Shown here: positions 1 through 12,890 of the stretch, one piece after another
Layout of the letters: the number at the start of each line of letters is the position of its first letter
Numbering within the stretch: position 1 is the stretch's first letter
NCBI RefSeq assembly: GCF_036365525.1
Contig: NC_090402.1
Span: forward strand, 20,653,543-20,717,542
Length of the DNA stretch: 64,000 bases
From: Heterodontus francisci
Taxonomy: Eukaryota
Reading direction: 5' to 3'
Position numbers and translations under genes: made by a program
Notes under the pieces: generated by a model
The model's input: the letters and a program-made list of their open reading frames with translations, nothing else
What the model was told of the DNA's origin: nothing
Database searches by the model: none

Positions 1-131
1 TTTGTTGTTGTTTTTATTAATAGGAAGATAAATTTTAATGCCTTTATCTTTCCAAAATTGTCTCACTGGACCCCTGTGTAAGCCAAAAATTGTAATGTGG
101 CCCCCCCACACGGAAAGGTTGGACAACCCTG
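1..131. mobile_element. Right end of a hAT (Charlie-like) non-autonomous DNA transposon
   Basis: Ends GGTTGGACAACCCTG (reverse complement CAGGGTTGTCCAACC, a hAT-type TIR), followed by CTCTAGAG (132-139), an NTCTAGAN Charlie-type 8-bp target. The other end lies outside the window. Confidence 0.5.
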
Positions 132-373
132 CTCTAGAGTTTAGAAGAATGAGGTCATCTCATTAAAGCATACAAAATTCTTACAGGGCTCGATAGGTTT
201 GATGCAGGAAGGATGCTTCCTTGGTTGGGGGCTTGTGTGGGGGAGGGGGGAGGGGCAGCGGCATCTAGAACCAGTAGGCCATGTAGGACTGAGATGAGGA
301 GGAATTTCTTCACTCAGAGGGTGGTGAATCTGTGGAATTCTCTAGCACAGAGGGATGTGGAGGCTCAGTCATT

Positions 374-1486
374 GGGCTGAATTTTATAACAGACCACATG
401 TCGTGGAGCCAGGGCAATCCTAAGCGCGACGGCTGATTTAAATAGCTTGGAGGGGGCAGGCTGTCTGTCCCTGGCAATGGCGTCAGTTGCCTGTGCGCAG
501 GCGCTGATGCCATTTTTAAAGGTCTGTCAGCCCTATCGGTAAATTTAAATATTTAAAGTTAAATGGAATGAAATTAAATAAATACATCTCTTTTGCCACT
601 CTCCCACTCCCGCAATAACAATTAAATTAATTATTTTCCCTTTCCCACCCCACAACACTTACCTTTGCCATCTGACCTACCCTCCCAAAATTTAACCTCC
701 AACCCTTCCCACCATCCCCTACACCTTGACATTAATTTGACCTAGCTCTCCACAACACTGATAAACTTACCTCCTCCCCCCTCCCCACCAATGTTGTGCC
801 TCGTTTCCCCGGATGGGGATCCGAAGGTGCAGCATTTTTGGCCACCAGGGTGAAGATCACACTGGGACATCAGGAGGCGATGTTAAATTAATTAATTCAG
901 GGGTATTTTAATTTATTGAAATATTTAAATTGCAGTCCCGTTGCCGAGCGGTGGGGTGCGGGGTGGGGGGGCACCACAAGGCCTCGCCGCCGGGGAGGCG
1001 GTGGCGTATTGGCAATGTCACTGGTCTAGTAACCCAGAGACTCAGGCTACTGTTCTGGGGACATGGGTTCGAATCCCACCATGGCATTTGGTGAAATTTG
1101 AATTCAATTAATCTGGGAATTAAAAACAAAGTTAGTCTAATGGTGACCATCAACCATTGCTGATTGTTGTAAAAACCCATCTGGTTGACTAATGTCCTTC
1201 AGGGAAGGAAATCTTCTGTCCTTACCTGGTCTAGCCTACATGTGACTCCAGACCCACAGCAATGTGGTTGACTCTTAAAATGCCCTCTGAAATGGCCTAG
1301 CAAGCCACTCAGTTGAAAAGCAGTTAGGGAAGGGCAATAAATGCTGGCCTAGCCAGTGACGCGCACATCCCACAAATGAATGAAAAAAATATATCGGCCC
1401 AGATCCTGTCGACATTGGGATCCGAGGCCATCTTCAGGCCCACCTGCCACAGATCCTGATGTCGAGGGCTCCATAAAATCTGGCCC
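374..1486. mobile_element. Harbinger-family MITE (contains a SINE at 992-1390)
   Basis: TIRs GGGCTGAATTTTAT / ATAAAATCTGGCCC; 3-bp TSD ATT (371-373, 1487-1489); internal similarity to the MITE at 37338-38172. Confidence 0.8.
992..1390 (+). mobile_element. tRNA-headed SINE sharing both its 5' head and 3' tail with the LINE at 40833-45042
   Basis: A-box-like TGGCGTATTGG, B-box GGTTCGAATCC, tail GGGCAATAAATGCTGGCCTAGCCAG...ATGAATGAAAAAAA. Confidence 0.85.
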
Positions 1487-1736
1487 ATTGAGTATGTTCA
1501 AGACAGAGGTTGATAGATTTCTAGATGTTGAAGATATCAAGGGATATGGGGATAGTCCAGGAAAATGGCGTTGAGATAGAAGATCAGCCATGATCAAGTT
1601 GAATGACAGAGCAGGCTCCAGGGGCCAAATGGCCTTCTCCAGCTCCTATTTCTACGTTCCTATGAGCTGAGCAAGAGCCAAAGGGAGTTGAGCTGGGAGC
1701 CCTAGTTCGGCCCTAAAAGTGTCAAGAATGTTGCCA

Positions 1737-2390
1737 GAATCATAGAATGCTGACAGCATAGAAGGAGGCCATTCGGCCCATTGTGTCCATGCCAGCTCTC
1801 TGCAGGACCAGCTCAGCTAGTCCCACTCCCTTGCCTTTTTCCAAGGTCCCTGCAACTTTTTTCTCTTCAGATAATAATCCATTTCCCTTTCTTGGGCCAC
1901 AATTGAATCTGCCTCTACCACACTATCAAGCAGTGCATTTCAGATGCTAACTACTCGCTGTGCAAAAATGTTTTGCCCCAAGTCGTTGTTGCTTCTTTGG
2001 CCATTTGCCTTAAATTGGCGTCATCTGGTTCTCAACCCTTCCGCCAACGGGAACAGTTTCTCCCTATCTTCTCTGTCTAGACCACCCATGATTTTGAACA
2101 CCTCTATCAAATCTCCTCTCAATCTTCTCTTTTCCAAAGAGAACAGCCCTCTTAATCTTCTCTTTTCCAAAGAGAACAGCTTCTCCAAACTATCCACATA
2201 ACCTTTGTTTCTCATCCCTGGAACCATTCTTGTAAATTTTTCTGCGCTTGGTCTATAGCCTACACATCCTAGCATGTGGTGTCCTGAAATGGAAGCAGCA
2301 CTTGAGGCTGAACCAGAGTTTTATCAAGTTCATCATGACTTCCTTGCTTTTGTACTCTATGCCTCTATTTATAAAGCCCTGTAAGCCTTT
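1737..2390 (-). mobile_element. CR1 LINE 3' fragment with an internal 33-bp tandem duplication
   Basis: ORF 2021-2275 (LFSLEKRRLRGDLIEVFKIM) is the CR1 ORF2 C-terminus; duplicated unit at 2115-2147 / 2148-2180. Confidence 0.85.
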
Positions 2391-2980
2391 TTAGCAGTAA
2401 CCAAAAGCAGCTAATAGGCTTTATAGCAAGAAACAAATTAAAATTTAAACGAGAAAGCTGCATGCTGTCCAAAAATCATCTCATTAACCATTTCCTCCCA
2501 AATCTGCTGCAATAAAACTGTTTCCTTGCTGCCCAGTCTCCCAGTACATGCCAATAATAAGCGTTTCATGCTGACATTTCAGAATTTGCTAACAAAAATC
2601 AGCACTGCCCTTCCCAGTCCCACTCCTCCAGGGCTCATACATAATCTTCCAGACAGATTCTGTTTTCTTATCTCAACGTTAATTGGTGTAAGTGCTGCCT
2701 CAGGATACTTTGGGTAGGAATGTTCCTCTGTAGCACCTTGGGAGATTTTACGACATTAAAGGTGCTAATATAAATGCAACTTGATGTTGTTCAACTGTTG
2801 GAAGAGAATAGTAGCTGTCGTGGATTAGAATCCTAGCCCCTTTTTGGGGCTATCTTGGATCAGGTGTACTTCTCAGATGATCACTCTCAATTTAAGGTTG
2901 AGAAAGACAGATGTTAAAGACACTGAATGGATCTGAAGGACTGATCTAACTCTCCCCAAAGGAAAGGAAACAGCTGAGAA

Positions 2981-5900
2981 TATTACCATCCTCCAGACAG
3001 CCTTTTTAACAAGTTTCAGCCAGATTTTAATAACCCAGATATTATAATTGTCTGGAAACCCCTCCCCAGTAATGTACCTCTGTAAGTGAATTTCTCCGGC
3101 GTAACGAAACACACCTCTTACAAGTTCTGGACAATAGGGATTATATGGACAGATCAGACTTGGACCCACGTTTTTCGGGCTCAACCATATTGTGTTTAAT
3201 AAGATTAACAATAACACTAAAACAGTACAAAACAGTACAACCCTGGCTTGTAAAACAAGCCCTACCGTGCTAAATTACCACGGCCCAATAAAAGAACCTT
3301 CCCGTGAAATAAACTAACACAAGACCACCAGCACTAAACCCCTCTAAGGTTTGGTTGGGACTTACAATCACCACCTCACACAGCTAAGTGGTCTTGTGGA
3401 TGTGTAGGCACAGGCAATATGCTCACCCCGTTGCCTTGCTTGCAGCTTTTTCCAGTACATCTCACTCCTGGTTCCGTACCGCCGACGCAGTATCCAAGTT
3501 CCGGTTTGAGTCGAGGTCCGTTGATGAAGGATGAAGAACAATGCTCAGTTTCTCACAGTGTTCCGTTGAATCGAGCCGAGCCCCACTTGAGAGATTCACT
3601 GTAGATTGATGCCGAGGAGAGAAGAGCCAGCACTGTTGACAAACAGCTCCATATATATCCAAAACCCATCACCTTTTCTCCCACCAATACTGATCGATGT
3701 ATTGACTCAGATGATCTGTCTGGACAACCCCCCCCACCCCCACCCCCACCCCGTGGCCTGGAGTGATTCATAACCTTTGAAATCATTGTGAAAAATGATA
3801 TTTTCCCGCTCCCAGGCCTGGTACTTGGAGAGACAATGAGTGCTGATTACTGGATGTCTGTCATTTCCTGAGTTGGCAACTCCCATTAGCAGGTAATGAG
3901 TTTCAATCTCAAATCGATCTTGATTAACTGGCTTATCTCCTGGAAGACAATGGCTCAGCCATCTCCTGCCTTCTACAAGTTTCGGTTGGGACTGAGTCGT
4001 GACTGTGCTTTATTGAGTTACCTCTCGGGGTATTGTCCCCAGTAATCATGTTAGATGGTGATGACGTCAATCGCCCTGGGTTCCCTTCCACCCAGCCTGT
4101 CAGTGTGAACTGTCCATTTGCATATAAATGCATCTTAGTCATGTTAGCCTGGTTCGATCCTATTTCCCTAAGCCACTCTCACAAGCTTGCCAAACGGTAC
4201 AGTTCTTTATTGGGGTTTTGGATTTAAAATATGATTCATAAAAATGGCCAGAAAGCTGGTGCTACACCTCTCCACCAAAGAGTTTATGGAGACAAGTTCA
4301 CAAGTTAGTGATACAGAAGACTATATGTGAGACAATATACATTCCAACTTATATAAAAGTTTATTAAAGAACCAAACATACAATTCACAGTTGACGAGAG
4401 TCAATCACAATGTTAATAGTTCTAGGAAAAGATAGAAAGTACAATCCTGTTTCTAGACGAGAATCCAAATTTTTAAAGCTAAATATTGCTATAGTAGAAT
4501 ATTTAAGTAGGATATCTACCAATTATTAAAGTAACATTTACCTTAAATTCCCAATTAGAAGATGACAGAGTTAGCGAGATACTCTGTCCCAGTTAAGGGG
4601 AGAATTATCATCGTCTTACTCCAATAGTCATTCCTTTACAGTGAGAGACATTACAGCGAATCCAACGAATCTAAAAATCCAAAGTGTACTTCCAATATTT
4701 ATACTGTTTTTCAAGTTGCGTAACTAATTTCTTATCTATGGGTGTGTTACCTCAACTGTTACTAAGTTTGTCCCCCTTTATTTCCCAAATAAGGCTGTAT
4801 AATTGTTAATTTCTAGGTAAGGTCCGCGCCTCTTTGATTCCCAAGAAAGCCAAGCTGTGAGCTTTGTGATGGTCAATTTCTCATTAGTCGTCTAACTGTG
4901 TTTCAAAATTATAATTCAGGGTTTGGGTTTGGTTGGCTTTGTCAAAACTTCAGTTGACTGTGGTTTATGACTATCAGTATAAAACCATCTTATCATCTAT
5001 TACACCATGGTAGATTTTGTGACAGTTTGCAAAAATACGTTATCAATGTTTTATCGTGTGATGAGGTTTGTGACTTTGGAACGAGCCCCTCTTATCAGAA
5101 GCTGCCTTTTAAGGGTCATGATGAAGTAAGCTTTTTAACACAGAGGCATGTCCATTTAGTATTATGGAGATTAACTTTTTAACCTTTTAGGAAGGTGAAC
5201 ACATTTTTTAATTCTTGAATCCCTCATTCAAAGGAAAATAACTCTTGTAATCTTATAACCCCTCATAATAGCTGGATTCTGTTGGCCAGAAGCTGCAAGA
5301 AATACAGAATCAGTTACAAACTGCTGGATTGTTTGTGACCTGTAGTAACCTGGAGCTCGGACACTGGCCTGTGCTGGTAAAAACCAGTTTGAACTAATTA
5401 CTTTATGAGACAAGACAAAGGATCGATCACAGGAAAAGGGCCTTATTTGGACACGGTGTGATACCGGGGTCTTTGGGCCTGGGCCAATTAACAGAAGATG
5501 TGAACGAGGTGAGCAAGCTTAAGCCAACCGGAAAGAGACAGCTCAGATTTGGAGAGATAAGAAGGAGGATAAGAATAAAGCTTTTTGGGCATAGAGCCAG
5601 CGAAAACTCCGGAGATCAACCATCGTGGAAGCGGAAGACCCTGTGTGAGCAACGTGGCGACGACGTAGAAGAGCGAGAGAGAGAACGGAACACCTGGCCA
5701 GCGTGAACTCTCCCTTTTTTGGGTATTATCCTTATGTTTTCTGACTCGGTCAGGGAAAGGTCAGAGGAACCTAGTGGGTGTGCTTATGAATTCTAGCTAG
5801 TTTTGTTATTAACTGTATAACTCAGTTGGAGTTGCATGCTTTTGTCTAACTAAGTGTATAAGCCTTATTCTTACATTGTACAACAACGTGAATGAAGTAA

Positions 5901-6009
5901 ATTGATAGTTAAAGAAAGGACTGAGTTTCTTCCTCTTTGTACTAAGCCATTAACTGTAGCTGTGGATTAAGCTGGAGGGTGGCTCTCTTGTAACCCGATA
6001 TCCCAAACA
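2981..6009. mobile_element. Cluster of probable solo-LTR / ERV-LTR-like sequences (~2981-4266 minus, ~4280-5226 minus, ~5246-6009 plus)
   Basis: TG-starting termini (TGTAGCACC, TGAGGGATT, TGTAATC); TATA followed by polyA-like signals in the two minus units; PBS-like TGGTGGAGA at 4269-4277 (minus). No clean TSDs found. Confidence 0.4.
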
Positions 6010-6334
6010 CCCAGCCTGAGCCTGAATTAAGAGGACTTCAGTCCCATGTGATGGCCAGGATCAAGTGGGTGCAGGGAATAAAGGGGACAAGGGGGAGTTG
6101 ACTCTGCGCCACGGTTTACAATTCCTTCACAATTTGCTTCAGAAAAAGGAAAGGGAGTATGAGCTGCAATATCTGTGTTATCTGAGTCTGGCAAGATAGA
6201 GTTCCTTTGTAAACTAAGGTGGTAGGGTATCAATGGGGAGCAGTGACTGCTGAATTAACATGGCTAAGTGATGGTCTAGTTGTCTGGTTTAAAATTTAAA
6301 CACTAATTTAATTTTCTGCATTTTGGTAGTGGAT

Positions 6335-6555
6335 GCTGACCAGGGCACAAGGAGAATTGCTCTTTTTCACATACTGCATTGGGATCTTTAATGTCCACCT
6401 GAATCAGACAATGGGGACCTCAGTTTAATATTTCATCAAAAAAGCAGCCTTCTCTCAGTACTGTACTGGAATTTCAGTTTGGACTGTGCACTCCGTTCCC
6501 AAAGCTGGGCTTGACTGTGGCTCAGAAGTGCAAACCACTGAATCTAGCTGACAGT
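6335..6555 (-). mobile_element. Degraded Deu-domain SINE (SacSINE1/AmnSINE1-like)
   Basis: GGGATCTTTAATGTCCACCTGA...GGGGACCTCAGTTTAATATTTCATC...CTCAGTACTGTACTG resembles the Deu-SINE consensus as recalled. Confidence 0.6.
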
Positions 6556-7049
6556 TACAACTGCAAAAGTTAGACCTCGAACCAGACCTGTAAGTACTGA
6601 GTTAAGAAGTCCACTTGACAGTTGCCAAGATCCAGTAATTCATTCATGCAAAAGGGAGCAGTGTTCTCCCTTGTCCCACCACACACACCAATTTTTGGGG
6701 AGGTGATTTTGCTAGTTATTTGCACAATGTTGCAAAGGTCAGACGATTGCATATAGGGGAAAATGTTGTAAATGGCAGCTCGGCTCAAATTTTTTAATAA
6801 CGAGATATAGTTTACTTTTTCCACAACATAATAATGGCTGTCAATCAACATGTGAAACAAGACAAATTGACTTCCTTACACACTTTATTTCAGGTGATTT
6901 ATATAATAAAATTGCTGTACTTTATACATTAAAATAGAAAATTCATGGTCATGGCTGTATTGTGAGGCATAAAAATAGATCATTTAAAACGGTTCCATAT
7001 TCTTTAATTTGTGCTTGTTAGAGATAGTATAGTTAGTACTGCGGCCTGT

Positions 7050-7505
7050 ATCCTTACCTGCACTAAGTCCCATTCACCCCTGTGCTCACTGACCTACATT
7101 GGCTCCCGGTTAAGCAATGCCTCAATTTGAAAATTCTCATCCTTTTTTCAATCTCTCCATGGCCTCATTCTTCCTTATCACTGTAATCTCCTCCAGCCCC
7201 ACAACCCTCAGATATCTGCGCTCCTCTAATTCTGGATTCTTGAGCATCTCTGATTTTAATCGCTCCATCATTGTGGCCATGCCTTCAGCTGCCTAAACCC
7301 TAAGCTCTGGAGTTCCCTCCCTGCACCTCTCTTCCCTCCTTTAAGACACTCCTTAAATCTACCTTTTTGACCAAGCTTTTGGTCATCTGTCCTAATATCT
7401 CTTTATTGTGGCTCGGTGTCATGTTTTGTTTGAAAATGTTCCTGTGAACTGCCTTGGGGACACATGATGTTAAAGGCATTATATCAATACAAGTCCCTGT
7501 TGTTG
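7050..7505 (+). mobile_element. L2-type LINE 3' fragment
   Basis: Encodes TPVLTDLHWLPV (typical L2 ORF2 C-terminus); tail TTAAAGGCATTATATCAATACAAGT...TGTTGTTG. A similar tail is at ~2725-2792. Confidence 0.7.
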
Positions 7506-8057
7506 CAATTCTACCACTAACAATGCAGAAGACACAAATCTATCATTTAAAAGAAATAAGTGACTACCTCCTGATTTATCTAATTTTCTCTTTTACCCTG
7601 TAAAGGAGTGTCATCCATAGGGAAATATCAGTTCTATTGTCTCACCATTTTAAATTCAGGTGAGCTGCTCCGATTCTCTAAGTGGAGCCTGACCCATTTC
7701 ACTGCTACATGGTGTTGTGACAGATACAACTGGGATACAGTTGTGTCTCTTGATCCAGCAGCTCTAGAAACAGAGAGGAAGCCTCCTTAAAATGTAAGAT
7801 TCACTTTCTCTATGTTGTCCACGTTAAAAACAAATCTACTGAATTTAAAGAACTTGCGATTTTTTTATGACTAATCTTCATTTATAGTGTCAAATAGAAA
7901 CTCAGATCAGACCACATGTTGGCCAGAATCTGACTGACATTTTTAACATTATTTGTCTGATTTTTGCAGGTCAGCTTTACGTCAGCTTAAAGACAGACGA
8001 ACTGAGGAACAGATTTCATGTTGTTATGGATGCAGATGAATCTGTAATTTAAAACAT

Positions 8058-8360
8058 ATTTATTCATTTTCAGGATGTGGGTGTCACAGAAAAAGCTGAC
8101 ATTTATTGCTTATCTGTAGTTGCCCTCAGTTCTATACAACTGAGTGAATTTCTAGACCACTTGAGAGGGCGACCACATAAAGGCCAAACTGGGCAAGGAC
8201 AGCAGGTTTCCTTCCCTAATGGGCATTAGTGAAGCACTTGTGTTTATATGACAAACAGACAGCTTCAAAGCCACTTTTACTAATGCCATCATTCTATTTC
8301 CAATTTTTAAAAAAGGTACTGAATTCAAATTCTCAATCTGTCACGGTGGAATTTTTACTC
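8058..8360 (-). mobile_element. Old tRNA-headed SINE copy; its head continues at ~9245-9278 and ~10067-10100
   Basis: Reverse-complement match to the body and tail of 992-1390; split by CR1 and Penelope insertions. Confidence 0.6.
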
Positions 8361-8361
8361 A

Positions 8362-9235
8362 TAGAATATACAGCCCAAACATAGGCCATTTTTGCCAACC
8401 AGTCCATGCCAACATTTATGCTTCACTCGAGCCACCTCCTATCCTTCCTCATCTAACTATCAGCATAACTCTTTATTCCCTTCACCCTCATATGCTTATC
8501 TAGCCTCCCCTTAAATACATAAATACCATTCACCTCAACTAGTCCCTATGGTAGAGTGTTCTGCATTCTCACCGCTCTCTGGGTAAAGAAGTTTCTTCTG
8601 AATTCCCTATTTGATTTATCGGTTACTATGTTATATTGATGACCTCTAGTTTTGCTCTTCCCCACAAGTGGAACACTGTGTCTAATCCATCAAAACCTTT
8701 CAGAATTTTAAAGGCCTCTATTAGGCCACCCCTCAGCCTTCTCTTTTCAAGAGAAAAGAGACCCAGCCTGTCAATCCTTTCCTGGTACCTATAACCTCGC
8801 AGTTCTGGTATCATCCTTATAAATCTTTTTTGCACCCCCTTCAGTGCCTCAATATCCTTTTTATAATATGGTGACCAAAACAGCACACAGTACCAAGATT
8901 CAATACAAGTTTAGCATAACATTTCTACTTTTCAATTCTATCCCTCTAGAAATAAACCCTAGTGCTTGGTTTGCTTTTCTTATGGCCTTATTAACCTGTG
9001 TCACAACTTTGTGATCTGTGTATTTGTACTCCCAGATTCCTTTGCTCCTCTAACTCATTTAGATTCTTATTTTCCAAGGAATATGTGACCTCCTTATTTT
9101 TCTCACCAAAATGTAATCCCTCATGCTTAGCTGTGTTGAAATGCATTTGCCAATTATATGCCCATTCTGCAAGTTTATTAATGTCTGCTTATAATTTGTG
9201 CAGTGCTCCTCAGTATTGACTATCCCCCTGACCCA
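8362..9235 (-). mobile_element. CR1 LINE 3' fragment
   Basis: ORF 8626-8886: FWSPYYKKDIEALKGVQKRFIRMIPELRG...LFSLEKRRLRG. Confidence 0.9.
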
Positions 9236-9278
9236 CCATGCACATTCTCGGGATTAATACTCCAAGCTTCTAGATTAA

Positions 9279-10055
9279 CGTGTACTTCATTCAATGTACT
9301 ATACTGTATTCTCTGCTCACAATGTGGTATCCTCTACATTGGGGAGACCAAATGCAGACTGGGTGACCGTCTTGCGGAACACCTCCGCTCAGTCCGAAAG
9401 CATGACCCCGAGCTTCTGGTTGCTGGCCCTTTCAACACTCCCCCCTGCTCTCATGCTCACATCTCTGTCCTGGGATTGCTGCAGTGTTTCAGTGAACATC
9501 AACGCAAGCTCGAGGAACAGCAACTCATTTACCAATTAGGCACACTACAGCCTGCTGGACTGAACATTGAGTTCAATAATTTCAGAGCATGACGGGCCCC
9601 CCATTTTACTTTAATTTTTAGTTATTTTTTTCTTTTTGTGTTTATTTTATTTTAATTTGTTCAGTTTGTTTCTACTGTGTCTACCCACTGTTTTTTTTTA
9701 ATGTTTGTGCTGCTGGCTGTTCAGTTTTCAGTCCATTAACACCCTACCTGTACTAATGCTTTGTCTTTCAGCACACTATTAACATATTGTTTGCCTTTAC
9801 TCCATGACCTTCTGGTCAGCTATTCTGTGACCTTGTCCTATCAACACCTTCTCTTTTGTTATCTCTTGCCCCACCCCCCGCTTTACTTGCTTAAAATCTT
9901 TTACATTTCTTATAACTGCCAGTTCTGAAGAAGGGTCACTGACCTGAAACGTTAACTCTGCTTCTCTCTCCACAGATGCTGCCAGACCTGCTGAGTATTT
10001 CCAGTGTTTCTTGTTTTTATTTCAGATTTCCAGCATCCGCAGTATTTTGCTTTTA
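9279..10055 (+). mobile_element. Penelope-like element, 5'-truncated: GIY-YIG endonuclease end plus 3' repeat
   Basis: ORF 9203-9592 (NVLYCILCSQCGILYIGETKCRLGDRLAEH...GLNIEF); flanking direct repeat TTCTAGATTAA at 9268-9278 and 10056-10066. Confidence 0.9.
9921..9957 (+). ncRNA. Minimal hammerhead ribozyme motif in the Penelope terminal repeat
   Basis: AGTT-CTGAAGA-AGGGTC act GACCT-GAAAC-GTT-AACT: catalytic core CUGANGA/GAAA, stem II GGTC/GACC, palindromic AACGTT stem III, stem I AGTT/AACT. Confidence 0.7.
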
Positions 10056-10219
10056 TTCTAGATTAATTGTCCAGTAACCTAACCACAACTGTACTGTATT
10101 GAATCCCTCACATTCTGCCGACTACATCTACCCATGCTGTTTCTGTCTGTTCTGAATTGCAACAGATTTTCTAAAATCAAATGAGTCATGAATCCACAAG
10201 CTAGTAGTTTACAAGTTTT

Positions 10220-10410
10220 ATGCAGCATCTGTGGAGAGAGAAACAGAGTTAATGTTTCAGGTCAATGACCTTTCATCAAAACCGACAAAGATTAGAAGTG
10301 TAATAGGTTTTGAGTAAGTGAAAAGGGGGAGGGGTGGATGAACAACAAAAGGAAAGGTTTGGAGAGCAGGAGAGATTAAATGACAAAAGGTTTCATGGTA
10401 CAAAAGCTGA
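10220..10410 (-). mobile_element. Penelope 3' repeat fragment with a degenerate hammerhead
   Basis: Reverse complement TTGATGAAAGGTCATTGACCTGAAACATTAACTCTGTTTCTCTCTCCACAGATGCTGC. Similar short copies at ~12895-12995 (+), ~25410-25545 (-) and ~57960-58070 (+). Confidence 0.7.
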
Positions 10411-11449
10411 GGTGTAGATGGCAGTATAGCAGCCATCTGAACACAAAGTAAAGGAATATTCTTTGATGCAAATGAGAGAATCGCCAAATCAGCACAGTGA
10501 GTGAGCAATTTCTTTTTCATTGGGTGCCCTCCTAGATGTATTCTGAAAACATCTTATGTCATTGCAGGCTATTAAGCAATAACTAAATTCCATTAGACAT
10601 GATCTTAGCTTTTTCTGTAGTTAGTTATCACAATCGTAAATGTCTAATGTAAATGTCCAGGCGCTGCTTCACAAACCACTGACCACCTCCAGGTGCGTAT
10701 CCATTGTCTCTCGAGATAAGGAGGCCCAAAAAGAAAATGTTTAAAGTAAACCTTACATTCAAAAATATCTGCTTCATTTACAGCTGTGTACTCTGGAATT
10801 AGGAGGGGAATCTGTGAAAAAGTGCGTGATACTTTTGTGAAGGAAGTATATTATTTATGGGTTCTTGGTAAAACCAGTCTGATTTCAATTCATAGCTTTG
10901 AGTGTAGGGAAGTTCGTCAGTGTGCAGTGTGAGTGTAGGATGTTCTTAACGAGTCTTGAAAACAAATCATGTATTTGTAGATTGTAATCATTCATGCTGC
11001 TCCAATCAACTCCACTTAAGTAAATAATTGATAATTCAATATTTCCATTGAAGGACGGGCATTCTTTTGAATTCCTACAATTCCATTCATCTGTCTCCTG
11101 GGGTCAGAAATAATGAATGACAAAAAAGCCTATGCTTAGGCACAGTTAGGTTTTAAACAAGGGATTGCAAGGTTAGGTCAGAGGCCTGGAACTGGAAACT
11201 AAAAATGTATGAGGTCAGTTTTTGCAGTGAAGAATAATCTGACAGGATGATCTTGCCATAAACAAATGTCAGCTCATGAAATGAGGAGAAGTGAGATTGA
11301 GCTATGTAAGATTTTGGGATCTATTTTGGCTGTTACTCTGTATGCTCACTTGCTGTCTGTGAAAATAATGCAGCCTAATGATTTGTATCTGGCCTAGCTT
11401 TACCAAGTGTTGGTCAGTCCATCTTGGAAAGATTGGAGAAATGTATTTT

Positions 11450-12890
11450 GCTAGGACTCCTTGATGGCACACTCGGTCAAATGCTGCCTTGATGTCAAGG
11501 GCAATCTTACCTCACCTCTGAAATTCAACTCCTTTGTTCATGTTTGGACCAAGGCTGTAATGCGCTCTGGAGCCAAGTGCCCCTGGTGGAACCCAAACTG
11601 AGCATCAGTGAGCTGAGTAATTGCCACCTGATAGCACTGTCTATGACACCTTCTATCACTTTGCTGATGAATGAGAGTATACTAATGGGGCAGTAATTGG
11701 CTGGTTTGGATTTGGCCTGCTTTTTGAGGACAGGACACACCTGGGCAATTTTCCTCACTGTTGGGTAGATGCCAGTGTTGTAGCTATATTGGAATGGCTT
11801 GGCTAGGAACACAGCTAGTTTTAGAGCACAAGTCTTCAGTACTACAACCCATAGCCTTTGCTGTATCCAGTGCTTTTATCAGTTTCTTGATATCATGTGG
11901 AGTGAAATCAGTTGGCTGAAGACTGGCATCTGTGATGCTGGGGACCTCAGGAGGAGGCTGAGATGGGTCATGCACTCAGCACTTCTGGCTGAAGACTTGT
12001 CTTTTGCACTGACATGCTGGGCTCCCTCATCATCGAATATGGGGATGTTTCTGAAGCCTCCTCCAGTTGGTTGTTTAATTGTACACCCCCATTCGTGACT
12101 GGATGCGGCAGGACTGTAGAGCTTTGATCTGATCCGTTAGTTGTGGGATTGCTCAGCTCTGTCTATTGCAGGCTGCTGCTTCTGCTGCTTAGCATGCATG
12201 AGCACTGTGTTGTAGCTTCACCAGGTTGGCATCTCATTTTTAAGTTTGCTTGGTCCTGTTCCTTCCAGGCTTTCCTGCACTCCTCGTTGAACCAGGGTTG
12301 ATATCTTGGCTTGATGGTAATGGTCGAGTAAGGGATATGCCAGGACATGAAGTTGCAAATTGTGGTTGAATACAATTCTACTGCTGCTGATGGCCCACAG
12401 CGCCTCATGAATTCCCAGTTTTGAGCTGCTAGATCTGTTCTGAATCTATCCTATTTAGCATGGTGGTAGTGCCACACAACACGATGAGGGTATCCTCATT
12501 GTGCAGACAGAATTTTATCTCCACAAGGACATTGTGGTCACTACTACCAATCCTGTCATGGACAGATGCACCTGCAACAGGTAGATCGGTAAGGGCGAGG
12601 TCTGCATGGACTGCAGCGGTTCAAGAAGGCAGCTCACCACCATCTTCTCATGGACAATTAGGGATGGGCAATAAATGCTGGCCTGGCCAGCGATGCCCAC
12701 ATCCATGAAACGAATAAAAAAAAATACTGATTCATCAGCTGACAGATGGTGATAGGTGGTAATCAGCAGGAGGTTTCCTTTCCCACGTTTGACCTGCTGC
12801 CATGGGGTCCAGAGTCAATGTTGATGACTCCCTTCCTCCCTTATGCCATTGTGCCGCCACCTCTGGGGGGGGGGGGGGTTTGTCCTGCCG
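11450..12890 (-). mobile_element. Fragmented copy of the tRNA-headed LINE family (EN-RT region), with a short opposite-strand 3' tail at ~12604-12724
   Basis: KIAQVCPVLKKQAKSKPANYCPISILS (ORF 11525-11812) matches ORF 41747-42268; colinear with ~41970-44450. Confidence 0.85.

Larger units (their letters stand above)
132..1664 (+). mobile_element. CR1 LINE 3' end interrupted by a MITE at 374-1486
   Basis: CR1 3' motifs (AATTTCTTCACTCAGAGGGTGGTGAATCTGTGGAATTC; GAGTATGTTCAAGACAGAGGTTGATAGATT; tail ATGGCCTTCTCCAGCTCCTATTTCT). The sequence rejoins across the MITE. Confidence 0.8.

Noticed and set aside
2115-2180. 33-bp direct repeat as a possible CRISPR-like or functional array
   Set aside because: Two adjacent units with no spacer inside a CR1 fragment; a simple slippage duplication.
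5277-5345. Peptide AGFCWPEAARNTESVTNCWIVCDL resembling a retroviral env CWxC motif
   Set aside because: Short, bounded by stops, with no other env features; probably chance.
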